Shown: positions 47,130 to 57,123 of the stretch, piece after piece
How positions within the stretch are numbered: position 1 is the stretch's first letter
Layout: the number at the start of each line of letters is the position of its first letter
Sequence record: DRR723986_4720
Strand: one strand, 5' to 3'
Length of the DNA stretch: 64,000 nt
The notes under the pieces: generated by a model
What the model was told of the DNA's origin: nothing
The model's database searches: none
What the model saw: only the letters and a program-made list of their open reading frames with translations
Made by a program: the position numbers and the translations under genes

Positions 47130-48155
47130 TCACGGGTGATCGTTGTTGGCCCTGGCCTGTTTGCGGTAGTCACGCGGGGACCCGCCGTGCCAGCGCTTGA
47201 ATGCATTGGTGAAGTTGCCCGGTGCACTGTAACCGAGCAGGGCCGCTATTTCCTCTACCGGCAAGGTGCTGTTGGCAAGGTACTCTTTCGCCAGGCCATA
47301 GCGGACTTCGGCAAGAATCTGCTGGTAGCTGGTGTCCTCGCTGGCCAGCCGGCGGCGCAGGGTTCTGTCGGTCAGGCGCAGTTTCTCGGCAACAAAGTCG
47401 ATATCCGGGAAGTAGCCGGGGCGGGCGACGATCAGCTGCCGTACCCGCTCCGCCAGCCCGCTGCGCTCGCTGAGCCGGGCCAGCAGGAGCCGACACTGTT
47501 GCTGGCACAGGCTCGACGTCTCCGCATCGCCCAGCGGCATGACCTGGTCGAGTATGTCGGACCGGAACTGCAGTGCGCCCTGGGACTTATTGAAGCCCAC
47601 ATCACACTGGAAGTAGTCGCGGTAGGCGTCCTGCTGACCCTGGCCATCGTGCATGAGTTCAACCCGCTGCAGCTCAAAGCGTTTTGCCAGCGCGCTTTCA
47701 CCGCCGAAGCGCGCCGCGCTCAGGTCGCGGTCGATGTAGTAGGGCAGCAGGTCCTCCGGTATTGGCTCACTGCGTTGGAAGATCAGTTCGGCGATGCTCC
47801 CGGAGACCCGGAATGCCATGCGGAACAGGGTGAAGGTCAGGGGTCCGTAGTTGGCGCTCACTGTCATGGCCTGCCTCAGGGTTGGTGCGCTCATGAAGGC
47901 ATAGCCGAATAAACCGTAGGTCTCCAGGGTGTAGGCCCTGCCCATCGTCAGTCCCAGCAGCGGGTTGCCGGTCAGTTGCAGCAGGTTGCGGTGAAAGCGG
48001 TATTCCTGGCCCAGGGTGAAGTGGGCCGTCTGGCCACCGGCAAGGTCAGTTGGGACCAGGTCGGTCCCCTGCAGGCAGGCCGCCTCGTCGTAACCGAGCT
48101 CACCCATTGCCCGTAGAGCCGGGGGCAGCGCCCTGATGTGGTGGTCGAAGGACAT
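47130..48155 (-). CDS. AraC family regulator (OruR/ArgR-like)
   Basis: YGLFGYAFMSAPTL; RTLRRRL; LGYSAPGNFTNAFKRWHG. Confidence 0.93.
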   Translation of the reverse strand: MSFDHHIRALPPALRAMGELGYDEAACLQGTDLVPTDLAGGQTAHFTLGQEYRFHRNLLQLTGNPLLGLTMGRAYTLETYGLFGYAFMSAPTLRQAMTVSANYGPLTFTLFRMAFRVSGSIAELIFQRSEPIPEDLLPYYIDRDLSAARFGGESALAKRFELQRVELMHDGQGQQDAYRDYFQCDVGFNKSQGALQFRSDILDQVMPLGDAETSSLCQQQCRLLLARLSERSGLAERVRQLIVARPGYFPDIDFVAEKLRLTDRTLRRRLASEDTSYQQILAEVRYGLAKEYLANSTLPVEEIAALLGYSAPGNFTNAFKRWHGGSPRDYRKQARANNDHP

Positions 48156-48277
48156 CTGCCCAGCATACCCCGCCTTGGCCGATTTTCATAAGTTTTTGGC
48201 CGCGGCCGAGATTCGCTGCGCGGCGCCCCGGCGCTAAGGTGGCAGCATTCGGAATCGTACCCCCGGGGAGAGCCATC

Positions 48278-49777
48278 ATGAAGACTATCCAGCGACAAGC
48301 TACCGTGGCCATTATCGGCGCCGGCATGACCGGTATCCTGATGGCGATTCGCCTGCGGGAAGCGGGCATCGAGGACATCACCATCCTGGAAAAGGCGGAG
48401 AAGCTCGGCGGCACCTGGCGCGAGAACAGGTACCCCGGCGTTGCATGCGACGTTCCGGCCCACATGTATACCTACTCCTTCGCCGGCAATCCCGAATGGA
48501 GCAACCGCTATGCCCACGGTGACGAAATCCAGGCCTACTTCGAATCGGTCGCGGAAGATCACGGCATCACCGGGCAGGTGCGCTATAACGAGGCGCTCAC
48601 CGAGAGCAACTACCGTGATGGCAAATGGCAGCTGGAAACCAGCAAGGGCAATCGGCTGGAAGTCGACTTCGTCGTCTGCGCTACGGGCATCCTGCACCAC
48701 CCGGCCTATCCGGATATCAAGGGCTTGCGGCACTTCCGGGGCAGCTGTTTTCACACCGCTCGCTGGGACCACAGTGTGGATCTCGCTGGCAAGCGGGTCG
48801 GGATCATCGGCACTGGCTCCACTGCCACCCAGGTGATCTCGGCGATCGCCGGGGATGTGGAGGAACTGACCGTGTTCCAGCGCACACCACAGTGGATCTA
48901 CCCCTTACCTGACCGACCCTATACTGAACAGGACAAGGCGCGCCTGCGCGGCAAGCCCTGGCGCCAGAAGCTGCTGCACAAGGGGTACTCCTGGTTGATG
49001 CGCACCCTGTTCAGTGAGGCGGTAATCGGTAGCCCGGTGCAGCGCCGGCTGATGGAGTGGACCGTGAAGCGCAACCTCAGGAAGAGCGTGCGTGACCCGG
49101 ATCTGCGATCAAAGCTCACTCCGGACTATGCGGTGGGCTGCAAGCGGCTGATCTTCAGTGCGACTTTTTACGATGCCATGCAACGCGACAACGTGGTTCT
49201 GGAGACCGGTGGCATTGAGGAAGTGACCGCGCGCGGCGTGCGCACCGCCGATGGGGTGGAGCACGAGCTGGACGTATTGGTCCTGGCCACCGGCTTCCAC
49301 CCCTTCAACTTCATGCGCCCGATGGCGCTGACCGGGCGCGATGGCCTGTCGATTGATCGCGTCTGGGAACGCAAGGTGCAGGCCTACCGCTCGGTGTGCC
49401 TGCCGGGTTTTCCCAACTTCTTCCTGATGCTCGGCCCCAACACGCCGATCGGCAATTACTCGGTAATCGCCATGAGCGAGGTACAGTCAAGCTATGTGTT
49501 GAAGCTGATTGACCACTGGCGTTGCGGTGAGTTGGAGACGGTGGAGGCGACTGAGGAGGCCAAGCAGGCCTACAACGCCTACCTGAAACAGGGCATGGGC
49601 AAGACGGTCTGGGTGGGTGGTTGCCAGAGCTGGTATATGGATGCAGACGGAGACCTGGCGATGTGGCCCTATTCCTGGAAGCAGTGGGTCAGTGAGATGA
49701 GCGAACCGAAGCTCGAGGACTTCCAGCGCTGCTCGCAGGCGGCACGGGTGCCCGCGCCTGCGCAAGAGGCGGCCTGA
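48278..49777 (+). CDS. Baeyer-Villiger type flavin-containing monooxygenase
   Basis: GAGMTG, GGTWRENRYPGVACD, FRGSCFHTARW fingerprint, GTGST, ATGF. Confidence 0.93.
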   Translation: MKTIQRQATVAIIGAGMTGILMAIRLREAGIEDITILEKAEKLGGTWRENRYPGVACDVPAHMYTYSFAGNPEWSNRYAHGDEIQAYFESVAEDHGITGQVRYNEALTESNYRDGKWQLETSKGNRLEVDFVVCATGILHHPAYPDIKGLRHFRGSCFHTARWDHSVDLAGKRVGIIGTGSTATQVISAIAGDVEELTVFQRTPQWIYPLPDRPYTEQDKARLRGKPWRQKLLHKGYSWLMRTLFSEAVIGSPVQRRLMEWTVKRNLRKSVRDPDLRSKLTPDYAVGCKRLIFSATFYDAMQRDNVVLETGGIEEVTARGVRTADGVEHELDVLVLATGFHPFNFMRPMALTGRDGLSIDRVWERKVQAYRSVCLPGFPNFFLMLGPNTPIGNYSVIAMSEVQSSYVLKLIDHWRCGELETVEATEEAKQAYNAYLKQGMGKTVWVGGCQSWYMDADGDLAMWPYSWKQWVSEMSEPKLEDFQRCSQAARVPAPAQEAA

Positions 49778-49794
49778 GGAGCGCCGCCTTTCGG

Positions 49795-50877
49795 CTAGTC
49801 TTCCTCGAACTCGGCGGTTTCCGGGATCTGCTGGTACCAGTAGATCCCGGCGTCATCCTGGCTGCGAGCGACCCGGCCCCGGTGCAGCAGGCAGTTGAGG
49901 TGGGCCAGGGTTTCGCCGGTCGCCAGCCCCAGTGAATTTTCATCGATCTTGCGATCGAACAGGGCATCGAAGCAGTCCACCGCGCGTCGCGGCTCCTTGA
50001 GCAGGTCGAACAGTGCGTTGAGATCGTTCTTGTGACCCTCCAGCAACTGGCTGAGCCGGATATGCAGCCCGTAAAAAGGCGCTTCGTGGGCGGGCAACAC
50101 CAGCAGGTCATTGGGCAGGATTTCCCGGATCCGTGAGCTGGATCGTAACCATTCTTTCAAGGGGTCGCCGTCGGGCTCGGTCGGAAACACGCTGACGTTG
50201 GGACTGATCCGCGGCAGTACCTGGTCGCCGGCAATCAGTAGCTTGAGGGCGGGGCAGTACAGGCAGACGTGCTCTGGCGAGTGCCCGGAGCCGACGATTA
50301 CCTGCCAGTAGCGACCACCGATATTGATTGTTTCCCGGTCCACCATCCGGCGATAGCTCGGTGGCAGGGCGTACACGGCCTTACCAAAGCCGCCGAAGCG
50401 CTGGCGGTATTTCTCCAGCTGGTCCTCGGTGTAGCCCGCCGCCCGGTAAAAGCGCAGCGCGATCTCGGGTGCCGGCCGGCCGGTGTCACTGGTCAGCGAC
50501 CGGCACATCAGGAACTCTTCCCGCGACATCCACAGCTGGCAGTCGAACCGTTCGGTAATCCAGCCGGCCAGGCCAACATGGTCGGGGTGCATGTGGGTAC
50601 AGATGACCCGCTTCACCGGTTTGTCGGCCATGAAATTCTCGAACAGGCCCTCCCAGATCTCCCTTGCCTGGCGCAGATTCAGGCAGGTATCCACCACGGT
50701 CCAGCCATCGTCCTCTTCCAGCAGCCACAGGTTGATATGGTCAAGGGACATGGGCATCGGGAAGCGCACCCAGTACACCCCATCGGCGATCTGTTCCGGT
50801 ACCCCGGGCGCGGGATCGATCAGGCGGCCGAAGGGGTAGCGCAGGCCGCGATAGGTTTCGGGGGCGTCGGGGAGCAT
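49795..50877 (-). CDS. MBL-fold metallo-hydrolase
   Basis: THMHPDH, GHSPEH, GDQVLP, LPAHE. Confidence 0.92.
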   Translation of the reverse strand: MLPDAPETYRGLRYPFGRLIDPAPGVPEQIADGVYWVRFPMPMSLDHINLWLLEEDDGWTVVDTCLNLRQAREIWEGLFENFMADKPVKRVICTHMHPDHVGLAGWITERFDCQLWMSREEFLMCRSLTSDTGRPAPEIALRFYRAAGYTEDQLEKYRQRFGGFGKAVYALPPSYRRMVDRETINIGGRYWQVIVGSGHSPEHVCLYCPALKLLIAGDQVLPRISPNVSVFPTEPDGDPLKEWLRSSSRIREILPNDLLVLPAHEAPFYGLHIRLSQLLEGHKNDLNALFDLLKEPRRAVDCFDALFDRKIDENSLGLATGETLAHLNCLLHRGRVARSQDDAGIYWYQQIPETAEFEED

Positions 50878-50982
50878 AGGGTGTAAGTCGTGGCGAATCG
50901 GGCAGTTATAGTGGGGTTTCGTGGGGGCGATGTCCAGCTGGCAGCGCCCGACGACCAGCGCTCACGGGGCCCGTGTTCGGGC

Positions 50983-52854
50983 TCAGGGCTGGTACCAGAT
51001 CGCCGAGGTCACCGCCCGCTCCTGCAGCGTGCCCGGTGACGGCGGCGCGGTTTGCAGGGTTTGCGCATCGAAGGTGGACCAGCGCGGGGTCGGGATTTCG
51101 ATTACCCGGGCGTAGTAGAACGCGGGTCGCTGCGAATCGAAGGCCGGGTCGGTCCACAGGGCCTGCAACACCGGCTCGCCGAGGGTATTGGTGTAACTGG
51201 CGGTCGCCAGATCTACCGAACTGCCAACTGTCGGCAGGGCGCCGGTGGTGGGGTCCTGCACGCGATCCCCCGACCAGGCCACATCAAATACCCGCTCCCG
51301 GCTCTCGCCGTCCGCCGTGACCCACCCCTTGACGATCTGGAGTCGGTCGAGGTTGGCGCCCTCCGGGTCGCGCTGTGCCCAGACCAGAAAGCGGGGTGCG
51401 GTGGAAGTCGGTGCCGGCAGCTCGGCCCCCATCGGTACGCCCTGCTGCTGGGCCCGAGCCAGGCGCTCGTGGTGATCGATCAGATCGGCGTCGAAGTCCC
51501 AGCCACCATAAAACCGTACCGCAATGCGTGGGCCTGAGGTGGCGAAGGTCTCTCGCCGGCGCATCGCGTCAAACAAGGCCTCGCGGGTATTTTCCGGCGC
51601 CCAGACGCCAGCCAGGCCAGCGGCACTCCAGCGCACACCTCCAGGCATGTCGGCGGGAAAATAGGTGGCTTTGCCCAGCCGGAGCCCGGCGCTGCCGTCC
51701 AGCAAGGGCAGCTTGCCATGGTAGTTGTCCTCCTCCACCGGGGCGCTGGCGTTATGCCCGTCGGAGCTGCCGATAACGCCGAAGCGATAGGGGTTAAAGT
51801 CCTCTGCATGGCTGAACTCGATGCCACGGCGCAGGGCATCACGGGCATAGCTGCCGGCGGCCTGACCCTGCGTCTGCTCAGTCGATAACAGGGTGTCGTA
51901 GAGCTCGAAGCCGGCGAAGCTATCTTCGTCGGAGAGCAGGGGGTGCGTTTCGGAAGAGCCTTTCACCTGGAAGATCTCACTGATCGGCTCGTTGCGCAGG
52001 CGGCGTTCTGCATAGCTCGCGTTCATCGCCGTGCCGTCGTACTGCACCCGGTCGTACATCAGGCCGTCGCTGACATTGCCGTTATGGGGGATGGCGAAGT
52101 TGTCCATGCCCTCGGCCCGCTGTGCCTCCAGCGCGGTCCACAGGTCGCGGGGGTCCTCGGAGTCGACCGCACTGAATGGCAGTGCCGGCACCGCGGTGCC
52201 CCGGTAGATGACGTTACGGTGCAGGTTGCGGTCGCCTGGCATTGAGGTCCACTCGTAGCCGATCAGGGTGGTGAAGCGGCCCGGCTCGTTGTGCCGCTGC
52301 GCAATCTCGATGCTGTCGCGCCATGCGGACCGGCTGATGGCCTGCCAGTCAGGCACGGCAGCGTCGCGCAGGTCAAACCCCGCCAGCGAGCGGGCGATCA
52401 TGAGGCTATTCGCCAGGCGTCCGTCTCCCAGCAGGTGCTGACGTAGCGTGCGGGCTTTCAGTGGGAGGTCCGGGTCGGTGGCCCGGAGCACGCCGAGGTA
52501 CTCCGCGTGGTCGGTCACCGCGGCAAAGTCCAGCGGACGCTGCAGGCGAATGCCGTAGCCGGCGGCATGTTCGATTTCCCCGCCCCGGGCGAAGGTATAG
52601 GCGTCGTCGGGGGTGGCCCGCACGCCGTTGGTCCAGGCATCGGTCGAATAACTGGTGTGGATGTGCAGATCACCCCAGAACAGCTGGCCCGCCGGGTCCG
52701 GCGGGGCGAGTGCTTTGTCAGGGGGCGGGTGGGCCCGGCCGGGATCGAAGGCCGGGTACAGCCCGGGGTCAGGTACCGGCTCGCAAGCCGCAGCGAGCAG
52801 GGCCAGGCTCAGCGTGGCGCCCAGCCCGGCGCCGCGCGCCGCGGGGGTCGGCAA
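50983..52854 (-). CDS. DUF3604 (PHP-like) lipoprotein
   Basis: LAAC lipobox, WGDLHIHT..S.DA, VTDHAE, PHNGNVS, SSDGH, QERAVTSAIWY. Confidence 0.88.
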   Translation of the reverse strand: MPTPAARGAGLGATLSLALLAAACEPVPDPGLYPAFDPGRAHPPPDKALAPPDPAGQLFWGDLHIHTSYSTDAWTNGVRATPDDAYTFARGGEIEHAAGYGIRLQRPLDFAAVTDHAEYLGVLRATDPDLPLKARTLRQHLLGDGRLANSLMIARSLAGFDLRDAAVPDWQAISRSAWRDSIEIAQRHNEPGRFTTLIGYEWTSMPGDRNLHRNVIYRGTAVPALPFSAVDSEDPRDLWTALEAQRAEGMDNFAIPHNGNVSDGLMYDRVQYDGTAMNASYAERRLRNEPISEIFQVKGSSETHPLLSDEDSFAGFELYDTLLSTEQTQGQAAGSYARDALRRGIEFSHAEDFNPYRFGVIGSSDGHNASAPVEEDNYHGKLPLLDGSAGLRLGKATYFPADMPGGVRWSAAGLAGVWAPENTREALFDAMRRRETFATSGPRIAVRFYGGWDFDADLIDHHERLARAQQQGVPMGAELPAPTSTAPRFLVWAQRDPEGANLDRLQIVKGWVTADGESRERVFDVAWSGDRVQDPTTGALPTVGSSVDLATASYTNTLGEPVLQALWTDPAFDSQRPAFYYARVIEIPTPRWSTFDAQTLQTAPPSPGTLQERAVTSAIWYQP

Positions 52855-52858
52855 GTGC

Positions 52859-54436
52859 TCAGCCTACGCCGCGGTCAGCGCCTTCCCAGTAGCTTGCCCG
52901 GACAGCTTTCTTGTCGGGTTTGCCCACCGGGGTGAGTGGTATGGCGTCCACGAAGTCGATGGTTTTCGGCGCCTGGACCGAGCCCTTGGCATCTTTCACC
53001 AGCCGCTGTAAGCCGGCGACCAGCTCGTCGCTGGCCTCGGCACCGGGGCGCAAAACCACCACAGCCTTGACCGCCTCGCCCCATTTTTCATCCGGAACGC
53101 CAATCACCACCACCTGTCCGACTGCTTCGTGGGTGGCGAGCACGTCTTCAATTTCCCGCGGGAAAACATTGAAGCCGCCGGTGACGATCATGTCCTTGGT
53201 GCGATCCACGATGTACAGGAAACCGTCCTCGTCCAGCCGGCCGACGTCGCCGGTGTGCAACCAACCGCGGGCGAAGGCCTCTGCGGTCTGTTCGGGCATG
53301 TCCTTGTAGCCTTTCATGACCAGCGGGCCGCGCACGCAGATTTCCCCCGGCTCTCCCCGGGGCACTTCCCTGCCCTGGGGGTCCAGCAGGGCAAGATGGA
53401 CCCAGGGACTGGGCCGGCCGCAGGAAGAAAATCGCTCCGGTTTGCCCGGGTCGTGCTCGGCGCGGGTCATGTTGGTAATCACCATGGGCGCTTCCGACTG
53501 ACCGTAGAACTGATAGAACACCTGGCCCCATTTCTCGATGCCCTCGCGCAGGCGCGCCGGGCTCATCGGCGAGGCGCCGTAGAAAATCGTTTCCATGCTC
53601 GACATGTCTGCTGTTGCCGAGCGTGGCGAGTCGAGCAGGAAATACAGCATCACCGGCACCAGCATCGTGCAGGTGATACGGTGCTGCTCCACCATGTCGA
53701 AGAAGCCGTCGGGGCTGAAGCCCTGCATCACGTAAAACGCGCCGCCCTTTTGCAGTACCGGGATGAAGAATGCCGCCGCCGCGTGAGACAGGGGCGTGGC
53801 GATCAGCATGCGCAGTTCTGCCGGAAATTCCCATTCCGCCAGCTGGATCTGGGTCATGTAAGCGGCAACGGTGTAGGGGCTCAATACGCCCTTGGGCTTG
53901 CCTGTGGTACCGCCGGTAAAGGTAATGCTGGAAATCGCATCCGGATCCACATCCGGTGCCACCAGCGGCTGTGGCTCGAAGCCCGCTGCGAGCGCGAGGT
54001 AGTCATCCCCCTTGGCCGAGGGGCCGAAGGCCAGCAGTTGCAGTCCCGGCACCCGGTCGCGCAGGGCCGCCGCGTGCTCGTCAAACACTGTCGGGTCGTA
54101 GACCAGTGCATCAACGTTAGCGGCCTCCAGCACATAGGCGTGGTCGTCGAGCGAGCCAAGCGGGTGCAGCGGGGTGCCGACACAGCCGGCGAGTTGCATC
54201 GCGGCGATATTGGACAGGACTTCCGGCCGGTTGGCGGACAGCACTGCGATCACCTTACCGTTCTTCAGTCCTCGGGACTGGAGTGCCTGAACCATCTGGC
54301 TGGTGGACTCGCGCACTTCCCGATAGGTGGCCACCCGGTCGCCGAGGTACAGGCAGGGCTGGTCGTTGTAGCGGTTCAGGCCGTCAATGAGCAGGTGGGG
54401 CATCAGGGGTGGCTGGTGCAGCTTGTGGTCAGTCAT
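52859..54436 (-). CDS. Fatty acid/acyl-CoA ligase (FadD8-like)
   Basis: FTGGTTGKPKG, YGQSE, TGDVG, DRTKDMI, GKPDKK. Confidence 0.93.
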   Translation of the reverse strand: MTDHKLHQPPLMPHLLIDGLNRYNDQPCLYLGDRVATYREVRESTSQMVQALQSRGLKNGKVIAVLSANRPEVLSNIAAMQLAGCVGTPLHPLGSLDDHAYVLEAANVDALVYDPTVFDEHAAALRDRVPGLQLLAFGPSAKGDDYLALAAGFEPQPLVAPDVDPDAISSITFTGGTTGKPKGVLSPYTVAAYMTQIQLAEWEFPAELRMLIATPLSHAAAAFFIPVLQKGGAFYVMQGFSPDGFFDMVEQHRITCTMLVPVMLYFLLDSPRSATADMSSMETIFYGASPMSPARLREGIEKWGQVFYQFYGQSEAPMVITNMTRAEHDPGKPERFSSCGRPSPWVHLALLDPQGREVPRGEPGEICVRGPLVMKGYKDMPEQTAEAFARGWLHTGDVGRLDEDGFLYIVDRTKDMIVTGGFNVFPREIEDVLATHEAVGQVVVIGVPDEKWGEAVKAVVVLRPGAEASDELVAGLQRLVKDAKGSVQAPKTIDFVDAIPLTPVGKPDKKAVRASYWEGADRGVG

Positions 54437-54468
54437 CAAAATATCCTGGTTGTGCGGGCGAAGCCCGA

Positions 54469-55419
54469 CTAGTCGATGGCAAGTCCGCGGCGCAGCACGG
54501 TGAGCATTTCCTGCGCTTCGCGCTGACTCACCGCCACGTGGGCGAACAACATGGAGCCGTGGAAGGTTCCGGGGAAACTGTGCAGTTCGGTGCGCACGCC
54601 AGCCTGCATCAGCCTGAGCGCGTACAGCACACCCTCGTCGCGCAAGGGGTCGAATTCCATGGTGGTAACGTGAGCGGGTGGCAGCCCGGAGAGATCGTCC
54701 GCGCGGGCCGGCGATGCATAACCGGGTACGTCGTCGCCGCCCCTGCGGTAACTATCACCAAGATAGTAATCCCAACTCAATTCAGCGTTCGGCCGGTTCC
54801 ACATGGGGGTGTCGGTGAACTGTTGCATGCTCGGTGTGTCCAGGCGGTCGTCCAGCTCCGGGATGCCCAGGTACTGGAAACAGATCGCCGGGCCCTTGCG
54901 ATCGCGGGCCAGCAGCGCGGTCGCGGCGGACAGGCCGCCGCCGGCACTCTGGCCGAACAGACCGAGTCGCTTGGGGTCGATGGCGAGTTCCGCGGCGTTG
55001 GCGCTGACCCATTCCAGGGCGGCGTAACAGTCCTCGAGGCCTCCGGGATAGGGTGTTTCCGGGGCGAGCCGATAGTCCACTGAGACGATGCTGATGCCGA
55101 GTTCGCGACACAGGTTCAGGCAGTTACCGTGCTCGGACTCCAGGTCACCCAGGACGAAACCGCCGCCGTGAATGTACAACAGGCCCGGCCCCGGACCATC
55201 CTGCCCGTCGGGTCGATAGATGCGCACGGTGAAATCTGGATCGCCTTCGGCACCCGGAATGCGGCGGTCCTCCCAGGAGACGCCCGATGCGTCCAGGTCC
55301 CCGGCCATCGCGGCCACCATGGCGGACAGGCCCTCGCGGCTGGCTACCGGGTCCTCGATGGTGAGAGGTGGAATCAGCGGGAGTAGCTCGAGGAATTCCT
55401 GATCGATGTTATAGCTCAT
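54469..55419 (-). CDS. HSL-family esterase (alpha/beta hydrolase)
   Basis: HGGGF, DYRLAPE, GQSAGG, DPLRDEG, HGS. Confidence 0.93.
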   Translation of the reverse strand: MSYNIDQEFLELLPLIPPLTIEDPVASREGLSAMVAAMAGDLDASGVSWEDRRIPGAEGDPDFTVRIYRPDGQDGPGPGLLYIHGGGFVLGDLESEHGNCLNLCRELGISIVSVDYRLAPETPYPGGLEDCYAALEWVSANAAELAIDPKRLGLFGQSAGGGLSAATALLARDRKGPAICFQYLGIPELDDRLDTPSMQQFTDTPMWNRPNAELSWDYYLGDSYRRGGDDVPGYASPARADDLSGLPPAHVTTMEFDPLRDEGVLYALRLMQAGVRTELHSFPGTFHGSMLFAHVAVSQREAQEMLTVLRRGLAID

Positions 55420-55518
55420 GCTGTGTGCTTCCTTTTTCGCTTATTGTGAGACAAGTGCCTGCCCGGGCAATGACGGGAGCGGCCAGAGGCAGTGCTGCGC
55501 CTGTGCGCTTCTGCCAGT

Positions 55519-57009
55519 TCAGTCCGCCGCTGGCTGGCCGTTGCTCCAGCCTCGCGGATCAGTAGCCATGTCGTGTTGCTTATCGCGGAAAACGCCGCGC
55601 AAGCGCGCGAGCGCCTGTGGGTAGCGCGCACTGACATCGTATGACTCCCCGGGATCGCTCTCAAGGTCGAACAACCACTCCTTTTGCGGCACGGCGGCGG
55701 CGACAGGCATCTGGTCGGTACCGTAGTGCACACCTCTCGGTCCTCGGTACTTGAAGCGCTGATCCCGCACTGAAATCAGGCTGTCGCCGTCAAAGTAGAA
55801 GAGATAGTCATGCGGCGAGGGAGCATTGGCGGTGAGCAGCGGCAGCAGACTGCGACCGTCGAGTCGACGATCCGGCGGTGCTGGCAGTTCCAGCAAGTCC
55901 AGTACGGTGGGCAGTAGGTCGATGCCCATGGCCATGGCATCGGAGCGCGAGGCGGCGGCGATACGCTCGGGCCAGTGGGCGATGAACGGGACCCGCATGC
56001 CGCCCTCGAAAGCGCTGCCCTTACGCCCGCGCCAGCCCGCGGCATTGCCGAGAAACCACGGGCCGTTGTCCGAGCTGATGATAATCAGGGTGTTGTCCAG
56101 TAACTGTTGCTGGCGGAGCGCGTCAACCAGCTCGCCCACGCCGGCGTCGAGTGACTCAATTACATCGCCATACAGGCCAGCGCCGGATTTACCCAGCCGT
56201 CCGGGCGCGACGGCAAGCGGGTCATGGGGAAAGTTGTGGGCAAAGTAGAGCAGGAAGGGACCTCGCTCCTGTTCGGTGATGAAGCGTTCAGCCTCCCGGG
56301 TATAGATCTGGTTCAGCTGGCGCTGGTCCACGGGTGCGGGCACGGCGATTTCGGCGTCACGGTACAGCGCAAACGGCGTCATGTCGTTGCTGTACAGCGC
56401 GCCGAAATACTGCTCAAAACCCATGTCCCGGGGCAGGCTGGGGCTGCGATCACCGAGATGCCATTTCCCGACCATCCCCGTTCGATAGCCTACGGCCTTG
56501 AGGACGTCGGCAAGCGTAATCTCCTCGGCCGGTAGTCGCGTGTTGGCCCGGGGATTCAGAATTCTGCTGAACAGCAAGGCCTTGCCGCTGCCGGTTGGAA
56601 AGACCACGTTCGGCAGTCCGGCCCGCGGTGCCAGGCGCCCGGTGAGGTAGCCGGCCCGGGCAGGGGTGCAGACCGGCGCCGGTGAGTAAAAGTTGCTCAG
56701 CACCATGCCGCTGGCCGCGAGCTGGTTGATGTTGGGCGTGGCGAGCAGGCCGCTGGCGCCGGCACCCAGGTCACCGTAGCCCAGATCATCGTAGAGGATG
56801 AAGACGATATTTGGCGCGCTATCGCTTACCCGGTGTTTGCTGCTGAGCTGGGCAAGATAGTCCCGCTTGGCCGCAAGGTGCTGGCTATCGTCCTGTTGAT
56901 CGTGACTCAGGTAGCGCCAGGCACCGAGGGCGGTGAGCACCAGCGCCAACAGCAGGGCCACCCGGGCCACCTCGCCGGGCAAGCGCTTTAACAACTGCAC
57001 CAGTTTCAT
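55519..57009 (-). CDS. Membrane-anchored sulfatase (CxPxR)
   Basis: N-terminal TM, PNIVFILYDDLG, CTPARAG, GKWHLG, SSDNG. Confidence 0.92.
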   Translation of the reverse strand: MKLVQLLKRLPGEVARVALLLALVLTALGAWRYLSHDQQDDSQHLAAKRDYLAQLSSKHRVSDSAPNIVFILYDDLGYGDLGAGASGLLATPNINQLAASGMVLSNFYSPAPVCTPARAGYLTGRLAPRAGLPNVVFPTGSGKALLFSRILNPRANTRLPAEEITLADVLKAVGYRTGMVGKWHLGDRSPSLPRDMGFEQYFGALYSNDMTPFALYRDAEIAVPAPVDQRQLNQIYTREAERFITEQERGPFLLYFAHNFPHDPLAVAPGRLGKSGAGLYGDVIESLDAGVGELVDALRQQQLLDNTLIIISSDNGPWFLGNAAGWRGRKGSAFEGGMRVPFIAHWPERIAAASRSDAMAMGIDLLPTVLDLLELPAPPDRRLDGRSLLPLLTANAPSPHDYLFYFDGDSLISVRDQRFKYRGPRGVHYGTDQMPVAAAVPQKEWLFDLESDPGESYDVSARYPQALARLRGVFRDKQHDMATDPRGWSNGQPAAD

Positions 57010-57123
57010 TACTTGCGACGCCCTCCACTGCAGTGTCTGGTCAGGACAAACTCGGCTCCCGCGAGCCAATTTCCGTTTTATGGGTAATACTGTCAGACGA
57101 GTCAAACAGAGCCGGAGATTACC

